A stretch of 63,738 nucleotides of DNA, counting the filler, from Octopus bimaculoides (Eukaryota): NCBI RefSeq assembly GCF_001194135.2. It is 8 parts of 8 records of this genome, joined end to end, with 100 filler letters (N's around TTAATTAATTAA, not from the genome) between each part and the next. Parts side by side here need not be neighbours in the genome. Positions count along the whole stretch, not along the records: positions 1 to 13,846 come from NC_068995.1; 7 more parts are not named here. One strand, written 5' to 3'. Both the position numbers and the translations under genes were made by a program. Under the pieces are notes generated by a model. It saw nothing but the letters and a program-made list of their open reading frames with translations, did not search any database and was not told the origin of the DNA. This document shows positions 1 through 10,862 of the stretch, piece after piece. Numbering within the stretch: the stretch's first letter is position 1; each line of letters starts with the position of its first letter.

Positions 1-147
1 GGCTTCTTTCAGTTTCTGTGTACCAAATCTCCTCAGAAACCTTTGCTTAGCCCAAAGAAGATATTTGCCAAGATGCTACGTAGTGAAACTGAACCCGGAA
101 TAATGTAATTGGGAAGTAAACGTCTTACTACACAACCACGCCTATAC
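1..147 (-). mobile_element. tRNA-derived SINE family A, 5' head (truncated by window edge)
   Basis: Reverse complement matches the head of the intact copy at 35052 (GGCTGTGTGGTAAG...GGTTCAGT...CTTGGCAA...GAAAGAAGCC). Confidence 0.75.
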
Positions 148-1079
148 CTATTAGAAATGAGGTCTCACCGAGACAATATCATATACAAAACAATAATTCT
201 AAGTTCGACAGTAGAAGGATGATAGAAGTACTAGACTATTAACTTCTATTTCATAAATTTGACTATGTTTTCAACCAGTAAGTTTATTCCTTTAAACAAG
301 AAGCAGTTTGCTGAGGAGGTGAAAACTATGCCCTACTTTTCAGTTTTGAGTTAAGATGTCGATCTCAATTCAGTGGCTTTTGCTGAATATTTATTTACGA
401 ATTTACGAATTAACGAAGAAATATGTTGTGGTGAAACTCAGCTAAAAAAAAAAAAAAAAAACATTCTGATACAGATATTTTTCATTGGGTAAAAAGGATC
501 CCAAACCATATAAGATGAAAAGAAATTGAATGTGAAGTACATGAAAACGTGTCCGAACATGAAATTAAAGATCTAAGTTAGACCGGATGTGTTACCTAAA
601 TGAATGCAGGTATATATATATATATATATAACCTGGTTAGTATTGTAGGACGCTTGGGAACAGAATGTGTTAGTAATTTAAAAAGACAGCGCATTTCAAT
701 AACATAACTGGATGTCCTTGAAAGAAAAAAAAGACATGCCTAGGAAATCAATAATGCTTTGTTTATATATACATATATAAAGCCTAGCCATTTCGTTGGG
801 TGTGAACCTAATATACATGTGGTAGAACCAGACAAAGCTAAAAACTTGGTATTTTTCTCACTTTACATTAAAATCATTCTGGCCAAGCAAGACATATTTT
901 AACAATTATAAAGTGTTGCATCATAAGGGTGAACTTTATATGGTACCTGTCAGAATGATCTAAGATACTTAGGGAAGTTTACATGTGAGTGCTTGCGTGT
1001 GTCTATGTAAGTTATTGACTGCATATCATGTATTACAACAGTCACAGCTGTGAAGCACAGTATTAGCACAGAATGTATA

Positions 1080-1205
1080 TTAACAGAACCTTTACACGGT
1101 TGTTCAAGCTGCTAGAAATAGCAACATGATCTCCTTTGATCACATCTTATCTTAACAAGAGCAAGCCTCATTGGATAACATAATCCCAGGTATTGTGAAA
1201 AAGAC
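1080..1205 (+). mobile_element. SINE-like dispersed repeat family D (core GCTAGAAATAGCAGCCAAATCTCCCTCAAATCACA)
   Basis: Degenerate copies of the same core recur at ~12490-12660 (+), 14860-14940 (-), 27975-28090 (-), 36160-36235 (-), 46540-46620 (-) and 50620-50700 (-). Confidence 0.55.
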
Positions 1206-1217
1206 AATACAGTTACA

Positions 1218-1547
1218 AAGAATAAAAAGTTTAGAAAGGTATAACAATGCACTATATAACAAAAAATGGACTATATACCTGTTGTAACTTGGTTATCTAT
1301 AGTCCTATGATATTTCAGAATTAGAATTCCTTCTTCAGATACTATTTGCTGGAGTCTCTGCTATAAACTGTTTTCCAAATATCTGAAGAAGGAATTCTAA
1401 TTCCGAAATATCATCGGACTATAGATAACCAAGTTACAACAGGTATATAGTCCATTTTTTGTTCTATAGTGCATTGTTATACCTTTCTAAACTTTTTATT
1501 CTTTACAAACAATACACAATGCTTCAAGTAAACTACAATACTCTCTT
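1218..1547. mobile_element. Penelope-like terminal-repeat insertion arranged as an inverted repeat, with 12-bp TSD
   Basis: Arms 1217-1341 and 1380-1504 are reverse complements (125 bp, 3 mismatches) around a 38-bp spacer. AATACAGTTACA is duplicated at 1206-1217 and 1548-1559. Each arm carries a CTGAAGA...GAAA hammerhead-like core. Confidence 0.7.
1380..1414 (+). ncRNA. Minimal hammerhead-ribozyme-like motif (mirror copy on - strand at ~1307-1341)
   Basis: CTGAAGA-A-GGAATT-CT-AATTCC-GAAAT-ATC: 6-bp stem II; stem I only 2-3 bp. Confidence 0.5.
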
Positions 1548-1714
1548 AATACAGTTACAGTTTAAACACCTTTGGTCATAGGGCCAGCCTGCTCATTTAA
1601 CTAAGCACATGAAACTGTTGATCATAGCTTATAGTATAAGCTGTTTTATGTAATCAGAATTGTGAGGAATTTCACCTGTCTGAACTGACTTCTTTCTTAT
1701 CACTGTAAAAAGGG

Positions 1715-1980
1715 CATTACTTTTAATGGAACAGCCTGCTCATGAAATTAACAAGGAAGTGGCTGAGTACTTCACAGACAAGCATACCCTTAACGTAGTT
1801 CACAGGGAGATTCAGTGCGACACAGAATGTGACAAGGCTGGTCCTTTGAATTACATGTACAACTTCAGTTTGCCTGCCGTGTGGACTGGAGCAACGTGAA
1901 ATAAGTTGTCTTGCTTAAGGATACAACTTGCCACCAGAAATCAAACAATCATAAACGAAATAAGCCATGCGCCTTCGCTA
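1715..1980 (-). mobile_element. SINE family C
   Basis: Reverse complement of the copy at 19855-20172 (GTCTGTGGAGTGCTCAGCCACTT...GAGCAGGCTGTT; AAAGGGCCAGCCTTGTCA). Confidence 0.7.
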
Positions 1981-2029
1981 TACACATATACATATGTACG
2001 TGCACACACACACACAATGTGTGTATTAG

Positions 2030-2175
2030 ACTCAGCTATGGCTATGTGGTTAAGAAGTTTGCTTTTCAACCATATGATTTTGAGTTCAGTCCCACTGTGC
2101 GGTGATTTATTCTTTTATGCATTTCAACCCAAAGGCACATTTTGGATAAGTATCTTCTACTATAAGCCCCAGCAT
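2030..2175 (+). mobile_element. SINE family A, 5' head
   Basis: TGGCTATGTGGTTAAG A-box-like and GAGTTCAGTCCCACTG B-box-like motifs; matches the 35052 copy. Confidence 0.7.
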
Positions 2176-3142
2176 CAATCATGCCATAAAAAAATCTACC
2201 TCAATTAATCTCATCTGAGCCATGTAAACACAGAAAAGCAAGCATTTAAGTGATGGAAAATGCATTCCCAAAGCACTGGTCAACCAGACGATATGACAGA
2301 ATGACATCTACCCAAAATGCTGAGCAGTGAGATTGAACCTTGAATCAAGTTGTTGTGAAACAAACTTCTTAACTATACACCCATGCTTGAATCCTTTATG
2401 ATACTTTCTTAAAAGATTTGGTTGTCTATAATGTGCAGTTTTGTTTCCTAATAATGAATCCTCCTCTCAAGGTTCAGTAAAGTACCTAACCCTAACCCTA
2501 ATAGTCAAATAGTGAGTCAGTTTAATTAACTAAACTACATCCTTCCACAAATGTTATGGCCTTGTATTAACTCTAGAAATCATTATATTCAAGACTAAGG
2601 TGTACTGTACAGTTTAATATTGTCTCCTTTACTTCCGAGCTCTAACTCTGCCAGGATCAACTTCATCTTTCATTTCCTCAGGATCAATAGAATATATCAG
2701 TACATCAACCCTTTAGCATTCAGATTATTCTGTCAAATGTAATGCTTTATTTATTCACATTGCTTTAAATTAATCATGAAATATCTTGTAGCTTCAAGAT
2801 TTCGATGATGTGATTGTATGCTTCTAGAATGACATAGTAGGGTAAGTGTGAGAGGTTGGATTTGGCCAGTTTGAACCCAAAAGAAGTAAAATATTTGGGC
2901 CTGATGTGGCTGGTTTAAATGCTAAAGGATTAACTGTGCTCCTCCTTACTTTCATTAGATATTCATGGAAGAAAACTAGCATAATCAGATTGATTAGTAT
3001 GAAGTCAGTAGCCAGCACAATTAATAAGGAGCTGGACAAAATGACTTGCTGTATTTAGTAATATCTCATTATGATTTGAGTTCAAATACTATAGCGGATC
3101 AACTTTACCATTCACCTTAATAGAGCCAACAAAAACAAAATA

Positions 3143-3490
3143 AGCATGGCTATGTGGTAAGAAGCTTGCTTCCCAAACATGGTTCCAAGTTCAGTTCCAC
3201 TGTATGGTACTTTAGGCAAGTGTCTTCTACTACAGCCTTGGAGCAACCAAAGCCCTGTGAGTAGACTTGGTACACAGAAACGTGTCTTTGTATCTGTGTT
3301 TGTCCTCCACCTCCACTTGACAACTGGTGTTAGTGTGTTTACATCCCCATAACTTAGAGGTTCGGCCAAAGAGACAGATAGAATAAATACCAGGCTTAAA
3401 TAATTAGTCCTGGGGTTGATTTGTTTGACTAAAACCTTCAAGGCAGTGCCCCAGTATGGCTGCAGTCAAATGACTGAAACAAGTAAAAAT
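3143..3490 (+). mobile_element. SINE family A, near full length, lacking the internal microsatellite
   Basis: Head, central CTTTAGGCAAGTGTCTT segment and 3' CCAGTATGGCTGCAGTCAAATGACTGAAACAAGTAAAA tail all align with 35052-35930. Confidence 0.8.
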
Positions 3491-5194
3491 GTATGTCTGT
3501 ATGTATATATATGTGCGTACAGAAAGAAAGGGAGGCAGGTATTATTTATTTAACCTAATATAAATTATTGAAATTGTTTATATAAACACCAAATAACTAT
3601 CTTAATTATTTACATCCTTCTTCAGTTTAATATTTCAATAAATTCTGTTTTTATTATGTTTCTGTATGCCACGGCATCATGAAGTCAAATTAATGAATAC
3701 TTATAAAAAAACAAAAAAAGAGTTTAAATAATAATTCTACTCATTATTTCCGCGAGAATTAAAAGTTATGTTGAGGTGTCAACTCAACTCAGTATGTGAT
3801 TTTCACACAATCTCATTTTTTTTCTTTTTTAAATTTCAATATTGAATGTATTTTGTAAGATGTTGTAAAAATTAAATCTTAAGAAGTATTATCTTGCTGA
3901 ATTATAGAAAAGGAATTAGACACAGTAAAGTTGATAAAGAAATTAAACAGTCTGTAAGCTCTATAACCTAGTCATATATATATATTGCACCATCTTATTA
4001 GCTATTAATAGAACATAGTTGTCATTGCTGCCTTCACTACCGCTGTTACTACCACCACTACCACCACCACTTTAAAAGTATCATTATTATTGTTATTATT
4101 ACTATTATTATTGCCGCCGCTACTGCCACCACCACTACTATTGAGCTCAACATTTGTCAGTAACACCTTATTTATTAACTTGTGTTACATTTATACAGAT
4201 TATTCACTTATAAGTTTTCTTGGTATCTGTGCTCTGATTACTATCTAGGTGACTTGTCTGTATTCATTTCATACAAAAGTTATCTAATCAGCAATTGTAT
4301 TACATCAATCAATTTTACCTTTTCCCTTCTGCACAACCAATCTGTTATAACATTATTTATATTGTGTATGTCAGGAAATTTCTGATCATTTTAGAAAAGG
4401 AAGTGATTTATTTTTACTTTATAATAAACACACACACACAAACACGGGCCCTGAGAGAAATTTTGCAAACAAGAACAAAATGGAAAAGGGTAGTAATCTC
4501 AAAATTCAAATGGGAGATTTTTTTAGGGAAGGCCCCACAGATATATTCATAGGCTCCTAATGTACTAGTTAAGTCCACCTCTCTTACAGGGCCTGCACAC
4601 ACACACACACACACAGAGAAAGTGATATATACAAGCATACATACACATAAAGACAAAAAAGATATATTAAATACATACATACTAAATTCTTCATTTATTG
4701 AAATTATCTTCCCTTCAAGAAGAGAATAAATGAACAAATTGTTGCAAATGGGACCAACAACAAACGAGAAGCGGAGATAATAATAATAAAACTCTGAAAT
4801 TGACATATTAAGGAAAAGTCAGTCAGGTTGTCTCGAGACAAGAGGATAGGTATGGACTATGCTTTCTGGCGCAACAAGTGTCATCAGCATAGCAGCTGTC
4901 CTGTCATAAATCCAGCAGACAAGATACTTAACACGAACAAAACAGAGAAAAACACATTTATATTTCATTTTTATATTTGTTTTTGTAAAGTTTACTGTAA
5001 AATTGTGTTGAAATAGATACTGTGTCTTTGCAGAATCATTTTTGCCAATCAAAACACTTGTAATGGTTCTATTTTAAAGAATAAAAAATTTCAAATACCA
5101 GAATTTAACAACATTGTCTTTTCTTTTGAAAATACTCAAAGATTTTGGCTCATCTGTCACATTATACAATTCCTTACACACACATATTATATTA

Positions 5195-5790
5195 ACCAGA
5201 CTTCTTAACCAAACCCTCTATTAAACTCGTCTGCCCCACCAAATTGGATTTAGGATGGATCAGCAAAAATATACTAGACAGAGTCATACCCTCTATTAGA
5301 GAAAAACTAAATGTTAACTTGTGGTCTTGCACAGGCAAAGTCGTCATCATCTGGTTCTACCTGCTTCAAAACAAAAATACATCCTCTTTCCTACAATTTG
5401 ACATCAACAATTACAACACCTCTAAGTCACCTATCCTCCTTAAAACGTCCTTACCTTAGCTAAAAACCAAACCAACATAACCTCCTTAGAAATTGGTGTA
5501 ATTCTATCTGCCAGGTAGACCCTCATACCTTTCGATAATAAGCTTTGATCCTGCGCTAACCTCAATGCTAACAGAAGCAACTTCTCTGATATAACCATGG
5601 GCTCATCTGACTCTGCTTAGGTCATGGATCTAGTCGGATTGTACCTCCTTCAACAGCTCCGTACACAATTCCTCCATTAATATACACCCTTCTCATTTTC
5701 CTTATTTTTCCCTATTTGTCTCTGATGACAGAATATCCCAGAAACAGCTGTAAAACTTTGAATTTTTTCCAATAATAATAATAATGTATA
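5195..5790 (+). mobile_element. Penelope-like element: decayed RT fragment joined to a 3' terminal repeat
   Basis: Translations PDFLTKPSIKLVCPTKLDLGWISKNILDRV...WF...FLQFDINNY and DITMGSSDSA*VMDLVGLYLLQQL match Penelope-type RT motifs (LINPxKxxxGxISKxILD; FD; MGSxDGAExxELVGLY). Stops and frameshifts are present, and a hammerhead core follows. Confidence 0.8.
5718..5756 (+). ncRNA. Minimal hammerhead-like motif, decayed (same family as 33641-33688)
   Basis: GTCT-CTGATGA-CAGAATATCCCA-GAAAC-AGCT-GTA-AAAC; stem II partly deleted, one stem I mismatch. Confidence 0.55.
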
Positions 5791-5994
5791 TGACTTGAGA
5801 TGTTTGCCTTGCCTAAATGTTTGTTGTCCTCTTTAACAATTATATATCTACTGTGGCAGAAATCTGCAATGGCTCCATAACTACCATCTCAGCTATAACC
5901 TTGGAGCCCCAGTAATCTTTTATATCACTTACCTAGTGTACCTAATAATTTACATCACCTGTGAACTAAACCCCCATACTTTGTGTAAATATAC

Positions 5995-8099
5995 CATTAT
6001 CATTTAACATCCGCTTTCCATGCTAGCATGGGTTGGACAATTTGACTGGGGACTGGCCAACCAGGTGGCTACACCAGACTCCAATCTAGTCTGGTAGAGT
6101 TTCTACAACTGGATGCTCTTCCTAACACCAACCACTCCGAGAATGTAGTGGGTGCTTTTTATGTGCCACCTGCACAGGAGTCAGTCCAATGTTTTGTTAA
6201 CATGCCACCGGCACAAGTGCCAGTAAGGCAAAGCTGGAAACAATCACGCTCAAATGGTGCTTTTTACGTGCCACCGGCACGGAAGCAAGACTGCTGCTCT
6301 GGCAGTGATCCCACTCAGATGGTGCTGTTAGCGCTCTACTGGCACGGGTGCCAATCATCGAATTTGGTTCAATTTCGACTTCAATTTCACTTGCCTCAAC
6401 AGGTCTTCGCAAGTAGGGTTTTGTGTCCAAAGAAGGAAAGGTACGCATAAGTGGGCTGGCTACACCCCTGGTAAAGGCCACAGGTTATGGTCTCACTTGT
6501 CTTGCCGGGTCTTCTCACGCACAGCATATTTCCAAAGGTCTCGGTCACTAGTCATTGCCTCGATGAGGCCTAATGTTCGAAGGTTATGCTTCCCTACCTC
6601 ATCCCAGGTCTTCCTGGGTCTACCTCTTCGACAGGTACCCTCAAACGCTAGGCTGTGGCACTTTTTATCACAGCTATCCTCATCCATTCTCGCCAAATGA
6701 CCATACCAGTGCAATCATCTCTCTTCCACACCACAACTGATGCTTCTTAGGTCCAACTTTTCTCTCAAGGTACTTACACTCTGTCGAGTATGCACACTGA
6801 TATTACACATCCATCGGAGCATACTGGTTTCATTCCTTGCGAGCTTATGCATGTCCCCAGCAGTCGCAACCCATGTTTCACTACTATGTAGCATGGCTAT
6901 TCGTACACATGTGTTATACAGTCTGCCTTTTACTCTGAGCGAGAGGCCATTTGTCACCAGCAGAGGTAAGAGCTCCCTGAACTTTGCCCAGGCTATTCTT
7001 ATTCTAGCAACTACACTTTCAGTGCACCCTCCCCAGCTACTGACTTGGTCACCTAGGTAACGGAAGCTGTCTACTTCTAGTTTTTCTCCCTGGAATGTGG
7101 CAGAAGTTGATCTCTGCACATTTTCAGTGTTTATTGCTCCTGAGCATCTGCCACATACAAAAACTATCTTGTTAGTTAGCCTTCCTTTGATATTGCTGCA
7201 CCTCTTATGTGTCCATAGCTTACACTGGGTACATCTTATAGAGTTTCTACCTACGCCTGAAGGGGTTAGTGGTTTGTATACCTTTCTACTTATTAGGACT
7301 TAGGTTTTAGATAGGTTGACTCTAAAGCCCTTCGATTCTAATCCTTGCTTCCACACCTGAAACTTCTCTAGTTCTGATAGTGACTCAGCAATTAGAGCAA
7401 GGTCATCAGCATAGAGGAGCTCCCAGGGGCAACCTGCCTTGAATTCCTGTGTTATTGCTTGGAGGACTATGATAAATAGGAGGGTGCTGAGGACTGAACC
7501 TTGGTGGACCCCTACCTCTACCCGGAATTCTTCACTGTACTCATTGCCAACCCTCACCTTACTGACAGCGTCCCTTATATGGCTCGCACAGCTCTCATTA
7601 ACCATTCATCTATCCCTAATTTCCACATTGACCACCAGATAAGGGATCGGGGGACCCTGTCAAAGGCTTTCTCCATGTCAACAAAAGACAGGTACAGAGG
7701 TTCATCCTTGGCTAGGTATTTCTCCTGCAGCTGTCTTACCAGAAACAGCATCAGTGGTACTTTTCCCTGGCACAAACCCAAACTGCATCTCATCTAAGCT
7801 GACTCTCTCCCTAATTAGTTGGGCTATGACCCTCTCCATGACCTTCATTACCTGATCCAAAAACTTGATACCTCTGTAATTGTCTGTGTCTAAAGCGTCA
7901 CCTTTCCCATCGTAGCAGTTGACTATGGTGCTGCTACACCAGTCATTGGGTATGACTCCTTCGTGTATCACCTGGTTAACTATATGGGTGACTAGGCTAT
8001 AGCCGACACTGCCAGATATTTTGAGCATCTCTGCAGTGATTGCTGATGGGCCGGGGGCTTTCCCTGTCTTCATACTTTGATTGCTTTATCTACCAAGGT
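5995..8099 (-). mobile_element. RTE-clade LINE, 5'-truncated, frameshifted RT plus C-terminus (6493-8095) and ~500-bp 3' UTR
   Basis: Overlapping minus-strand ORFs give MKTGKAPGPS, YRGIKFL, QFGFVPGKSTTDA, FVDMEKAFDRVPR, VHQGSVLS, LLYADDLALIA, RWYGH-like HWYGHLARM and RGRPRKTW. The element ends in a short (ATG)n tail. Confidence 0.95.
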
Positions 8100-8104
8100 A
8101 ATAT

Positions 8105-8300
8105 ATATATATAGTCAAGTCAAATAGACAAACAATTCAAATGAAAAAAGAATGCAAGGACATGTACAAGAAATGTATTAGCTTGCCACTCGGTGAAATG
8201 AGTTTGATGTTCCGAGCATAGCTCTTTGTTGGAAAGGAGAAAGGAGAAAAGATGGAGAAGAAGAAAACGCCAATGGCATACTTGTATTTACATTGCTGAA
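8105..8300 (-). mobile_element. Probable Penelope-type terminal repeat with decayed hammerhead (8203-8236)
   Basis: Minus strand reads CTTT-CCAACAA-A-GAGC-TAT-GCTC-GGAAC-ATC-AAA, the same architecture as the 34332-34367 motif. Confidence 0.5.
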
Positions 8301-8315
8301 GTGGATGATCATGAC

Positions 8316-8349
<34 letters not shown>

Positions 8350-8374
8350 ATATATATGTATATATATATATAAA

Positions 8375-8750
8375 CACCCTGTCACATCTTCACCACTATC
8401 CCCTCTCTCTATCCTCAATGACTGGGATAGCCATGCATCTCCTCTATGGCAAAACACCTGTTTCTGTTCCTCTATCATAGTTTAACTTTTCATCACTTGA
8501 CACAAACCTACCTTTCTCAGTACTATTCCCTTTTCACATGAGGGGCCTTTGCCTTGTATATTACTTGGTGATCTTGTTGGTGTTGGTGTCACATAAAAAG
8601 CATCCAGTATACTCTGTAAAGTGCTTGACATTAGGAAGGGTACCCGGTCATAGAAATTATGCCAAAGCAAACAGAAGAGTTCAGTGCAGTCCTCTGGTTT
8701 ACCATCCCCTGTCAAACTATCATGCCAATGCGAAAACAGTGTTTTGATCC
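8375..8750 (+). mobile_element. SINE-like repeat carrying the RTE 3' UTR tail
   Basis: Contains GTGTCACATAAAAAGCATCCAGT...TTAGGAAGGG...CTGTCAAAC, homologous to the sense strand of the RTE 3' UTR at 6000-6170. Confidence 0.6.
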
Positions 8751-8849
8751 AAAATGGAAATGAACAATGTTCCATGTGATAGGCTTGATAGCTGTTGAGG
8801 TTTCGTTAACTTGAAACCAATGGTAGATAATATATATATCATCAGACTT

Positions 8850-9129
8850 TTATCTTGCGGCCCGCATGATACTTTCTTGAAATAAGTTTATTTAAACAAA
8901 CATTTAAAAAATTTTATCAAAAATTAAAGATTGTAATGAAAAGTAAAAAAGAAAGATATTACTGTTTTTGCAACGATAATATTTCATGTTGAATCAACGA
9001 TCATTCATTCATTATTGCAATAATAGCATGAGAAAGCAAAATGCTTTCAATTCTGTCAGAATACAAATGTCCTTCCAAAAACTTTCTGCAATTAAAGTGG
9101 CTCGCAATGTAATTCGAGTTGTCCGGGCC
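8850..9129. mobile_element. hAT-type MITE remnant
   Basis: Subterminal GCGGCCCGC and 3' GTGGCTCGC...GAGTTGTCCGGGCCTG resemble hAT MITE ends; left TIR not found. Confidence 0.35.
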
Positions 9130-9664
9130 TGGTTTAGCTAAACAAATCACCTTGAGTACTAAAGTCAGGTTGATCAATGTTAATACATTGCGAAAGAACT
9201 TTGTAGAAACAAACTTTGTGGAAAACTATCACACACACACTCCCTCTCTCTCTCTCTGTATGTGCTCACGCATTTCGAATTGTTTCTCACAATCTAACAA
9301 CTGGTGTTAGTTTGTTTGTCTCCATAGATTAGCACATCGATAAAAAGTGATCGCCTGAAGAAATGACAAACCAAGTGCTGTGGTTAAGTTCATCGACTAA
9401 ACCATTCATTCAAAGCAATGCTCCAGTATGTCCGCAATCGACTGACTAAAAAGAAAGTGAAGGTACGAGTGCATATGCAAATATTTTAAATAAAACAGCT
9501 GGGTTAACTTATGCAATAAGAAAACGGTGGCTTTATTTCCGTTTTCGATAGCAATGCAGAAAGAAGAAAAATCTAGAACAAATTAGTTTGAAAGAAAAAG
9601 AAAGGTGATAAAAGCGAAGTTTTATCAAAGAAAAAGAACGGGAAATACTGTCTGTAAGTTTACT

Positions 9665-9789
9665 GGGCGTGAGTCATAGTAACGACGATTGTGGCTCCAG
9701 AGCATTAGTCAACATAAGTAACTGCTACTACATACCAAGAGAGGGGGAGGGGGAGACAGACAGAGAGAGAATTTTAAAGCAAGGTAAGT
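9665..9789 (+). promoter_or_regulatory. Candidate promoter or first exon ending at a consensus splice donor
   Basis: TGAGTCA (AP-1) at 9670-9676, local CpG enrichment, GA-rich tract, and AAG|GTAAGT at 9781-9789. Confidence 0.2.
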
Positions 9790-10862
9790 TAGCAACAGTG
9801 CAGACTAAAACAAGTGACAACTAAATGGAACAGTTTGAACTAAAAAGGTGAGATATACGAGATATATTACACATAGTATCTCTCAATAATAGAGTGTCCT
9901 GAAATAAATGTTAGATTATCCATTAGTATACACATACGGTTACTAAGAACAAAAACAAAGTAACTAGACAAGCACCCAACAATCTACACTGTCCTCGCAC
10001 ACACAAAAGCAAGACCAAAACAAAAAGCTTAAAAAAGTAATGGCTGGTGAAAGTGAAAGTAGTCACGTGACGATATACATTCCAGTCTAACCTGCAGATG
10101 ACGAATTTTGTAAGGGAGATATTTAAACAAAAACTCACCTAAAAAGTAATTTAAGATACAAACACGCAACAATATCATGTACATATATAATTCTTATTAA
10201 GAATAAGGATTCTAAAAACAGGTTATTATCGATTTGTCATTTTATATATATTTTTTTTTCGAAAATCGGCGGTAAGTTCAAAATGATTCCTCAAAATAAG
10301 TAAAATCAGGTGTATGTATGTATAAAAATGTGTGTGTGTGTGTGTGATCTAAAAGTAGATAAAAACGCACATTAACAACTGTAAACTTACTAGAAAATCA
10401 AAAGACGAAAAATAGTAGAATTTCATTTAGAAATTCTAAATCTATTTACCGTACACTCACATAAGTATGCATAGATAGGAAGGCAGTAGATATTTTTTTT
10501 AAATATCAGTTTTGAGACCTAGTTTAAATTACCTCTGTGTGTGTGTATGTGTTTGTATACATATATATAAACATACATATATATCGATGTGTGTGTGTGT
10601 GTGTGTATACATATATATAAATATATATTGATGTGTGTGTACGCCCACAAACACACACATAGATCTGCCAGATTTGGCCCAAATCATCTCTAACATAAAA
10701 CAATACTCTATTATAAAGACAGGAACTCCATTCGTCTAACGCAATTTCTCAAACAAGGATCCGTGAAAAATGTGTATTTCTATAAAATTTAACAAAGGTT
10801 TTATAAAATAAATGCTACTCACAAACTTGCAAAGTACAAGTTTTTTGTTGGCTTCTTTTTTT

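Noticed and set aside
607-635. CAGGT-(AT)n-ACCTG hairpin
   Set aside because: Only 5 bp of unique pairing around a self-complementary microsatellite; expected by chance.
2487-2500. (CCCTAA)2 as an interstitial telomere
   Set aside because: Only two units, inside a SINE-like tail; too short to call.
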